Source of the DNA: an uncultured Thermoplasmatales archaeon
GTDB lineage: Archaea; Thermoplasmatota; E2; DHVEG-1
Length of the DNA stretch: 41,374 bases
Direction of reading: 5' to 3'
NCBI GenBank assembly: GCA_964601295.1
Contig: CAZRMY010000004.1
Coordinates: forward strand, 1-41,374
Under the pieces are notes generated by a model. The model was not told where the DNA came from and ran no database searches. It saw only the letters and a program-made list of their open reading frames with translations. How positions within the stretch are numbered: position 1 is the stretch's first letter; each line of letters opens with the position of its first letter. The translations under genes were made by a program, and so were the position numbers. Shown one piece after another: positions 35,341 to 41,374 of the stretch.

Positions 35341-36209
35341 GTAAGGTGTTTCGTGCGTATTATGTCTGGCCAAAGTTCCCATCAGTGTCTATGTCTGGGA
35401 ATGCATGTATGCTGTCTTGTAAACATTGTAACCATACCTATTTAGCTGATATGCAGCAGCTTACTAAACCTGCTGATCTATTTGCGGCAGCGCGTCGTTT
35501 TGCTTCGGAGGGTGCGATTGGTTTGTTGTTAAGTGGTGGTTGTGATGATCACGGTGAAATGCTTAATCTTCGTCGGTTACTGCCAACGATTCGAAAGATT
35601 AAAGATGAGACTGAGTTGGTTATTAAATTGCATACCGGACTTGTAGATCGCACGCTGGCTGAAGAGATTGTGTCTGCAGGAGTTGATATTGCTTCAACAG
35701 AAGTTGTGGGCGATAATGAGACAATACAGGATATCTTTGATTTTTCTGCATCTGTTGAATCATACCGGAACACCTTGGTATATCTGGAAGACGCCGGGAT
35801 GCCATTTATTGTTCCTCATGTTTGCATTGGGTTGCGATATGGGAAAGTACGTGGTGAAAGAACGGCGTTACAGATAATTCATAACTCATGTGACCCTGAG
35901 TTGTTAGTGATGATTGTATTTCGTCCAACTAAGGGAACGGCATTAGAAAATACACCGCCTCCGGCATCGCAAAGTGTCGCCAAAGTTATCGGTATGGCAA
36001 AAAATATGTTTCCAGATAAAGAAATCTCTCTTGGTTGTATACGCCCGCGTAATCAACATCGGCAGGAAATTGAATCTGCTGCGCTGAACGCTGGAGTCAG
36101 TCGCATGGAAATACCTTCTAAAAAGACCCTTCAGCTTGCTCAATCAATGGGGTATACCATTAAACATGTTGATGGATGCTGCGCGCTACCGCAATCGCTT
36201 GAACCTTAA
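35337..36209 (+). CDS. Radical SAM protein, biotin-synthase-like small archaeal type, Cys-rich
   Basis: 290-aa ORF. ATG overlaps the upstream stop (ATGA, 35337-35340). CxxxCxxC motif SMSGNACMLSCKHCNH (nt 35406-35429). Six further Cys (SGGCDD, PHVCIG, HNSCDP, SLGCIRPR, DGCCALP). Confidence 0.65.
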   Translation: MSKVFRAYYVWPKFPSVSMSGNACMLSCKHCNHTYLADMQQLTKPADLFAAARRFASEGAIGLLLSGGCDDHGEMLNLRRLLPTIRKIKDETELVIKLHTGLVDRTLAEEIVSAGVDIASTEVVGDNETIQDIFDFSASVESYRNTLVYLEDAGMPFIVPHVCIGLRYGKVRGERTALQIIHNSCDPELLVMIVFRPTKGTALENTPPPASQSVAKVIGMAKNMFPDKEISLGCIRPRNQHRQEIESAALNAGVSRMEIPSKKTLQLAQSMGYTIKHVDGCCALPQSLEP

Positions 36210-36232
36210 TCTGCGGACGTTTAACAATGTGG

Positions 36233-37279
36233 TTATACGCCCATAGTTACACGTAATAAATCCCGCAGTCCAGGTGAAAAACCTAGTATAAGGATACCGA
36301 TTTTCAGCAGGTTAACCAATCGTTGATTCCCCTGTAATTCTTTTTTGTACAATATATCAAACACGTAAATTATGACAATGATAAGAAGGAATTTGACAAT
36401 AGGAAATAATGGTCCCCAGATGTTCAGAAGCAGTTCTGATGCAGGGTGTTTCTCCGCGTAGGATAATCCCATGTTAAATGGATCTTTAATGCTTATGTAA
36501 CTGGCTAAACCGTCGATAAGATGACCAAACAGCATTGCAAGGTTTAGTGGGTTACCATATGGTTTGAGCTTCTCAGAATCGGATACTTTTTGGGATATAC
36601 TGTAGACGACTGCTATAATTGCACTGGTGATACCAATAACGATAAGAAACACATCGAATCTGACACCGGTGCTGATATTCCATTGATCACCAAGAATCCA
36701 CTGAGCGATTAACCAAAAGCTAGGAATGAGGAAGATAAATCCTCCAAGAAAAACCGTTTTATTAATCGTAAGATGGTGAACGTGTTTTTTACGTTCAAAA
36801 TAGTATCCAAGCAGTACAAAGAACAGTGCATATACGGCGATTTGCAGGTAGATTAACGGTGAAATAAACCAGTACACCACAGGTGCGGTGAAATACCCGG
36901 TGTCCTCAAGGGTTCGTCCGACGGGTCCAAAAATAATGTAAGGGAGTAGTGCCAGAGCAAATTGCCAGTTAATCTGGATGTCAAGTTTTTTGAAAAGCTG
37001 ATAAATACCGTAAAGTGCGCCAATGAGTAGAACACCGTAGCTGATCTCTGAGATAAGCGTGTATCCCTCTTGGGCGACTACACCGTTGTGTATTGCCGTT
37101 TGAGTACCCGGGGTTGCATCAGCGACGACTGGCCCCCAGTAGTATTTCCATATCCATTGGTCGTAGAACAAGGTGGGCAGCAGTACACAGCCTAGTGCGA
37201 TGATACTAATGATGGCTGCGATGAGCCCTACGAAGATGGCGGTCCTGTGTTGATGGTAGAAAGCTAGTATTTTTTTCAT
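36233..37279 (-). CDS. Polytopic membrane protein (possibly DUF63 family)
   Basis: ORF 36233..37417 trimmed to ATG 37279 (MKKILAFYHQHRTAIFVGLIAAIISI), which removes the overlap with divergent egsA. About 8-9 hydrophobic segments. Motifs FGHLIDGLASYISI, YAEKHP and GFSPGLRDLLRV. Family assignment is from memory only. Confidence 0.5.
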   Translation of the reverse strand: MKKILAFYHQHRTAIFVGLIAAIISIIALGCVLLPTLFYDQWIWKYYWGPVVADATPGTQTAIHNGVVAQEGYTLISEISYGVLLIGALYGIYQLFKKLDIQINWQFALALLPYIIFGPVGRTLEDTGYFTAPVVYWFISPLIYLQIAVYALFFVLLGYYFERKKHVHHLTINKTVFLGGFIFLIPSFWLIAQWILGDQWNISTGVRFDVFLIVIGITSAIIAVVYSISQKVSDSEKLKPYGNPLNLAMLFGHLIDGLASYISIKDPFNMGLSYAEKHPASELLLNIWGPLFPIVKFLLIIVIIYVFDILYKKELQGNQRLVNLLKIGILILGFSPGLRDLLRVTMGV

Positions 37280-37295
37280 ATGTAAAAGCTGAAAG

Positions 37296-37315
37296 AAAAA
37301 TATAATATATAATAT
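37296..37315. promoter_or_regulatory. A/T-rich TATA-like block (AAAAATATAATATATAATAT) in the 63-nt divergent spacer between the membrane protein gene and egsA
   Basis: Lies about 20-35 nt from both start codons (37279 minus, 37343 plus), compatible with a bidirectional promoter with short or absent leaders. Confidence 0.35.
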
Positions 37316-37342
37316 CCGTGGTTTACCGGTGTGGATTAAACA

Positions 37343-38437
37343 ATGGAACGATTTACCAAATATAAAACCATGGTGTTTCCACGAGAGGTCATCGTGGGTC
37401 ATAATACTACTGAACAAATTAAAGGTCTCTGTAACAGAATTACGATCGGGAAACGCATTCTCATTGTTGTTGATAAAAACACGCGGAAGATCTCAGGTAA
37501 TAAAGTCGCTAAACTTCTGTCAAGTTCAGGCTATGAAGTCAACATGGAAACAATTTCTACGCCGATAGTCCGTAAGGATCGCTATGTCGCGTGGCCGACG
37601 ATGAAAGATGTGAATCATCTTATTCAAATAGAGAAGAAAACGAATGCTGATTTATTCATCGGTGTTGGTGGCGGTTCAGTAATTGATGTTACGAAATTGG
37701 CTTCTGCGGAGTTGTCAAAACCGTTTATTAGTGTGCCCACATCTGCTGCGCATGATGGGATTGCATCTCCTCGTGCATCGGTGAAAGAAAAAAAGGGTTC
37801 TATTTCTAAAACCGCGCGACCGCCGATTGCTGTTTTAGCGGATACTTCAATAATATCAAAGGCGCCGTATCGTATGCTTGCTTCAGGGTGCGCAGATGTT
37901 ATTTCTAATTTATCAGCGGTGAAAGACTGGGAGCTTGCACATCGGCTTAAAAATGAGGAGTTCAGCACGTTTGCTGCGTCGTTGTCAACCACCGCATCGC
38001 AATTGTTGATTAACGAAGCAGAGGATATCAGATCAGGGTTAGAAGAAGCAGTATGGCAGGCGGTTAAATGCATGATTGTCTCAGGTGTTGCCATGAGTGT
38101 GGCAGGTAACACGCGTCCGGCATCAGGTGCAGAGCATATGTTTTCCCACATGCTTGATCGTATCGCCCCGGGTCGAGCGATGCATGGCGAGCAATGTGGG
38201 GTTGGTGCACTTATGATGATGTATCTGCATGGGGAGGACTGGGAGGAGGTCCGTGATGCTCTGGAGGGTGTTGGTGCTCCTACGACTTCTAAAGAACTTG
38301 GTGTTCCCAAGAAATCAATTGTGCAGGCGTTAATGCAAGCTCAGGAGATACGACCTGAGCGATATACGATTTTAGGTGAAAATGGGCTAACAAAAGATGC
38401 TGCAAAAAAACTAGCTAAAATAACTGGGGTAATCTAA
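37343..38437 (+). CDS. egsA: Glycerol-1-phosphate dehydrogenase [NAD(P)+]
   Basis: 364-aa ORF (alternative start ATG 37370, MVFPREVIVG). Motifs IGVGGGSVIDVTKLAS, SVPTSAAHDGIASPRASV, GCADVISN, SGAEHMFSH and HGEQCGVG. Confidence 0.87.
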   Translation: MERFTKYKTMVFPREVIVGHNTTEQIKGLCNRITIGKRILIVVDKNTRKISGNKVAKLLSSSGYEVNMETISTPIVRKDRYVAWPTMKDVNHLIQIEKKTNADLFIGVGGGSVIDVTKLASAELSKPFISVPTSAAHDGIASPRASVKEKKGSISKTARPPIAVLADTSIISKAPYRMLASGCADVISNLSAVKDWELAHRLKNEEFSTFAASLSTTASQLLINEAEDIRSGLEEAVWQAVKCMIVSGVAMSVAGNTRPASGAEHMFSHMLDRIAPGRAMHGEQCGVGALMMMYLHGEDWEEVRDALEGVGAPTTSKELGVPKKSIVQALMQAQEIRPERYTILGENGLTKDAAKKLAKITGVI

Positions 38438-38439
38438 CT

Positions 38440-38865
38440 ATGGCAATGGTGACCCTCATCGGTGTAAATCTGGCAGAAACCGGTGTACAATTCCGTTATA
38501 TTGGTCCAAATACTGAGTGTCGTAACTGTCGGCTGAAAACAGTCTGTTTTAACTTGAAACCAGGGCGGCTTTATGAGATTACCGCGGTTCGTGACAAAGA
38601 ACATACTTGTGGGGTACATGAAGACCATGTGGTAGTCGTTGAGGTTACAGAACTTCCGCTGGTGTTATTGCTTGAGAAATCAGCTACAGTGGGTTCATCA
38701 GTGAAAATTAATCGAGCGCGATGCCGGCAGCTTGATTGCGAACATTATTCCGAGTGTATGAACCCAGGTGTTAAACCTGAGAAAACATACACGGTACAAA
38801 AACTACTTGGTGAGGTATCCTGCCCAAAGGGTAAAACATTATATAAAGTTGAACTCTCCGAATAA
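38440..38865 (+). CDS. UPF0179-family Cys-rich archaeal protein
   Basis: 141-aa ORF starting 2 nt after the egsA stop. N-terminus VTLIGVNLAETGVQFRYIGPNTECRNCRLKTVCFNLKPGRLYEITAVRDKEHTCGVHE matches my recollection of UPF0179. Eight Cys. Confidence 0.6.
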   Translation: MAMVTLIGVNLAETGVQFRYIGPNTECRNCRLKTVCFNLKPGRLYEITAVRDKEHTCGVHEDHVVVVEVTELPLVLLLEKSATVGSSVKINRARCRQLDCEHYSECMNPGVKPEKTYTVQKLLGEVSCPKGKTLYKVELSE

Positions 38866-38890
38866 GCCCTTGGTATTTTTTGCGGGGTGG

Positions 38891-39556
38891 TTAGTCATGG
38901 CAGACTATCTGATAGATGAGCCCGTTTTCTTGTGGTGATTCAGATATGCTGCCTGTTGGATCTTGTATGATTGTATCCCAGTTGCTTGTGTTTGTCAGTG
39001 TTATATTGTTTGTGGTGTTGGTAATATAGGAAATCCCAATGCAGATAATGGAGGCTCCACTGGTGCCACAGTTCCACAGTTCTCCAATGATTCGCATCTG
39101 CTCAGCTGGTTTTTTGGAAGGGTCTATAGCACGATACGTGATGTATTTTGTTTGATGATTGTTTTCCAACTGGCGTTCGCCATGCTGCTGGCTGCTGATG
39201 TTTATTTCAAGGTAGTCATTTAAGGTTGTGAGGATTGTGGTGTTGGTGCGGTGAAACAGATCTTCTTCGTCCATGAGCATCCATGTTTTAATGGTGGTGA
39301 TACTCAGCGAAGCAGGATAACTGCCGTGTGTCTCATAGGTTATTGTCTCCCATGTTTCCATACCATATGAGGTGGTGCCTGTTTCATGTAACGCTTTGTT
39401 TTCATACCATGTTGACGGCAATTGCACGGAGGGAATATAAGCGGGTTTATCAAGGCTGACGCAACCTGTAAAAAGAGATGCTAAAAGAATCAATATGCTA
39501 ATAATTAGAAATGGTGTAGGTTTTTGTGTTAGTATTTTGTGTGTTGCTGATGGCAC
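38891..39556 (-). CDS. Putative lipoprotein / secreted hypothetical protein
   Basis: 221-aa ORF. N-terminal FLIISILILLASLFTGC resembles a lipobox (LFTGC). No other motif. Confidence 0.45.
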   Translation of the reverse strand: MPSATHKILTQKPTPFLIISILILLASLFTGCVSLDKPAYIPSVQLPSTWYENKALHETGTTSYGMETWETITYETHGSYPASLSITTIKTWMLMDEEDLFHRTNTTILTTLNDYLEINISSQQHGERQLENNHQTKYITYRAIDPSKKPAEQMRIIGELWNCGTSGASIICIGISYITNTTNNITLTNTSNWDTIIQDPTGSISESPQENGLIYQIVCHD

Positions 39557-39619
39557 ATCAGTTAGAAGAGTTATCCGCTACTTTAATGTATTGAAAAAAA
39601 GAGGAGTGGATATAGGTGG

Positions 39620-40789
39620 TTATAGTCCTGCTTCTTTTTTCAAAAGTTTAGCTTTATCTGTTTTTTCCCAGGTGAAATCAGGATCATTTCTGCCAAAATG
39701 ACCGTATGCAGCGGTTTTTGTATATATCGGTCGAAGCAGATCCAGGGTTTCGATGATCTCACCAGGTGTTGTTGGGAAAAACTTGCGGATGAGATCTTCT
39801 ATGTGCTCGATGGGTATTTTATTAGTTCCAAAGCAGTTTATGTTAATGGATACCGGTTCAGCGACACCAATAGCGTAGGCGAACTGGAGTTCACAATGGT
39901 CTGCGATGCCTGCGGCGACAATGTTTTTTGCAATGTATCGAGCGGCATATGCCGCACTTCGATCTACTTTAGTAGGATCTTTTCCGGAGAACGCGCCACC
40001 ACCATGACGTCCAATGCCACCATACGTGTCAACGATGATTTTACGGCCGGTTAACCCTGCGTCTGCGTAGGGTCCTCCGCGGACAAACGCGCCAGTGGGA
40101 TTCACATAGATTTTAGTGTCTTTATCTATCCATTCTTTGCAGATAGGTTGGATAACATGGGTGACAATATCTTTTTTTATTTTGTTATGTGATATACCGG
40201 GGTCATGTTGTGTAGATACCACTATGGCATCAGCCCGGAGAGGTTTTCCGTTGTTATCGTATTCGATGGTCACTTGTGATTTCCCATCTGGTCTGAGATA
40301 TGAGATACTACCATTTTTACGGTTTTCACTAAGTTTTTTTGCAAGTTTATGTGCTAGGGCGATGGGTAGCGGCATGAGTTCTTTGGTTTCATTGCAGGCG
40401 TATCCGTACATCATCCCTTGGTCGCCGGCTCCTTGTTTTTTATGGAGGCCTTTTCCCGCGGTGACTCCTTGGGAGATATCAGGGCTTTGTTCTGTTATTT
40501 GTACCCACACCGAGCAGGTTTCCCATTCTATGCCATATTCTGATTTAGTGTATCCAATGTTTTTGATTACCTCGCGGGCGACAGTGGGGACATCAACATA
40601 GGCTTTGGTGGTCATTTCGCCGAAGACCATGATGCCACCGTTTTTTGTCCCGGTTTCTACTGCTACGCGTGAGGTGGGATCTTGGCGGAGTGCTTCGTCA
40701 AGGATAGCATCTGATATCATGTCGCATATTTTATCAGGGTGCCCCTCGGTTACTGATTCTGAGCTGATGAGTATTTTTCTTTTTGCCAT
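39620..40789 (-). CDS. metK: S-adenosylmethionine synthetase, bacterial/eukaryotic MetK type
   Basis: 389-aa [59 protein letters not shown] and [20 protein letters not shown] lies 10 nt upstream of the ATG. Confidence 0.93.
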   Translation of the reverse strand: MAKRKILISSESVTEGHPDKICDMISDAILDEALRQDPTSRVAVETGTKNGGIMVFGEMTTKAYVDVPTVAREVIKNIGYTKSEYGIEWETCSVWVQITEQSPDISQGVTAGKGLHKKQGAGDQGMMYGYACNETKELMPLPIALAHKLAKKLSENRKNGSISYLRPDGKSQVTIEYDNNGKPLRADAIVVSTQHDPGISHNKIKKDIVTHVIQPICKEWIDKDTKIYVNPTGAFVRGGPYADAGLTGRKIIVDTYGGIGRHGGGAFSGKDPTKVDRSAAYAARYIAKNIVAAGIADHCELQFAYAIGVAEPVSININCFGTNKIPIEHIEDLIRKFFPTTPGEIIETLDLLRPIYTKTAAYGHFGRNDPDFTWEKTDKAKLLKKEAGL

Positions 40790-40909
40790 AAGTATTTGTC
40801 ACCTTCCACAGGGGATATGGTGTTTTTTTTGGTTGGGTAACGATAGGTGTTACTCCCCCAAATTATGAATGATTTTAGTGGAATTATTAAGTTCTTTATT
40901 AAAGTTTTT

Positions 40910-40916
40910 AAAAAAA
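40910..40916 (-). terminator. Oligo-T (T7, minus strand) about 45 nt after the stop of the 134-aa gene
   Basis: Minus strand reads CCCTCTTTTTTTAAAAAC. The plus strand shows an A7 run at 40910-40916. Confidence 0.4.
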
Positions 40917-40960
40917 GAGGGAGAAAAGTTGGATGGGCGGTAGGATAGTGTATTGTTTTT

Positions 40961-41365
40961 TTACCAGTCTTTTTTGCGTGTGGTCCAGAGGTCCTCGGTG
41001 AGGTTGTTGTATATGTCGTCTTCTGAGACGTTGCGTGGTTGGCGTTCGAGGAGTATGTTTTCTGATCGGCTGTTTTCGTCTTCTGAGTATTGAAGGATGA
41101 TATCCTTTCTAAGACGCCAGTAATGTGTGCGCCATTCGCGTCCGTCGTAGAGGGTGGTTTCTTCTCGTTCCGTAGTAAGCATGCCTTCTTCTTCGAGTAT
41201 GTAGAAGAGTTGGCGGTCTTCTGGGTCGAGGACGTTGTCGATGACGCGGTCGTCGAATCCGAAGATGTCCATGACAAATCCGGCGTCCCGTCGTGCTTCA
41301 TCGAGGTCGATTCCTACGCGGTTTGCGATAGCTTGCGATAGGTCGTCAAGTGTGATAATGCTCAT
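40961..41365 (-). CDS. Acidic hypothetical protein (134 aa)
   Basis: Complete ORF with balanced, non-repetitive composition (…LYDGREWRTHYWRLRKD…). Preferred over the overlapping low-complexity ORF 40750..41301. Family not recognised. Confidence 0.45.
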   Translation of the reverse strand: MSIITLDDLSQAIANRVGIDLDEARRDAGFVMDIFGFDDRVIDNVLDPEDRQLFYILEEEGMLTTEREETTLYDGREWRTHYWRLRKDIILQYSEDENSRSENILLERQPRNVSEDDIYNNLTEDLWTTRKKDW

Positions 41366-41374
41366 ATGAATCCC

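Noticed and set aside
37624-38310. 228-aa minus-strand ORF antisense to egsA
   Set aside because: It is completely contained in the well-supported G1P dehydrogenase gene. Its Ser/Ala/Pro-rich composition is typical of an antisense frame in a locally GC-richer gene.
40750-41301. 183-aa minus-strand ORF spanning the metK start and the 134-aa gene
   Set aside because: Low-complexity Thr/Ser/Lys-rich translation that overlaps the metK start codon and the intergenic terminator/promoter region. The alternative frame (40961..41365) gives a balanced, protein-like sequence.
1-41374. Search by eye for tRNA/rRNA genes, CRISPR arrays, IS elements, integrases, toxin-antitoxin pairs or known defence genes
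   Set aside because: No GC-rich cloverleaf-like segments in any spacer, no direct-repeat/spacer periodicity, no transposase or integrase-like ORFs and no terminal inverted repeats were seen. A tRNA, ncRNA and repeat scan with proper tools is still advisable.
28600-41374. Apparent higher GC content of the right-hand third of the window (for example egsA and the LplA operon) versus 6.7-15 kb, considered as evidence of a horizontally acquired island
   Set aside because: Judged only from a few lines counted by eye. The region contains core archaeal genes (egsA, UPF0179), so gene-to-gene heterogeneity is more likely. It needs a sliding-window GC and codon-usage computation before any claim.

Overview
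AT-rich, densely packed 41.4-kb chromosomal segment that looks archaeal, with about 33 protein-coding genes. By eye I found no rRNA, tRNA, CRISPR array, transposase or integrase. All intergenic spacers are short and AT-rich. Archaeal hallmarks include glycerol-1-phosphate dehydrogenase (egsA), alpha2-type GlyRS, DtdA-type D-aminoacyl-tRNA deacylase, a THUMP m2G10-type tRNA methyltransferase, RNase Z, UPF0179 and a PGI/PMI-type isomerase. An alkyltransferase-endonuclease V fusion, known from Ferroplasma, and a single-domain LplA, as in Thermoplasma, suggest a Thermoplasmatota-like, probably mesophilic, peptide-degrading archaeon; this lineage call is inference only. Most of the window is housekeeping: tRNA and DNA repair functions, CBS proteins, an antiporter, peptidases and metK. 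Two regions stand out. (1) An ~11-kb accessory locus (15.6-26.1 kb, minus strand) encodes two giant secreted gingipain-like (C25) proteins of 2195 and 1265 aa. They share a 345-aa C-terminal module made of a CARDB-like domain with a nested jelly-roll insert plus a Cys-bracketed dockerin-like tail ending in CCD. The larger protein also carries a complete Porphyromonas-type (PAD_porph) arginine/agmatine deiminase domain directly downstream of the C25 domain. This is a protease-deiminase fusion that I do not know to be described in archaea. (2) A four-gene cassette (32.5-36.2 kb) is linked by three consecutive 4-nt start/stop overlaps. It encodes a single-domain lipoate-protein-ligase-like enzyme, a PhzF-like isomerase, a homocitrate/isopropylmalate-synthase-family enzyme and a Cys-rich radical SAM protein. 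It may be a lipoyl or other acyl-cofactor synthesis and attachment module. All assignments rest on motif recognition in the supplied translations; no searches were run.
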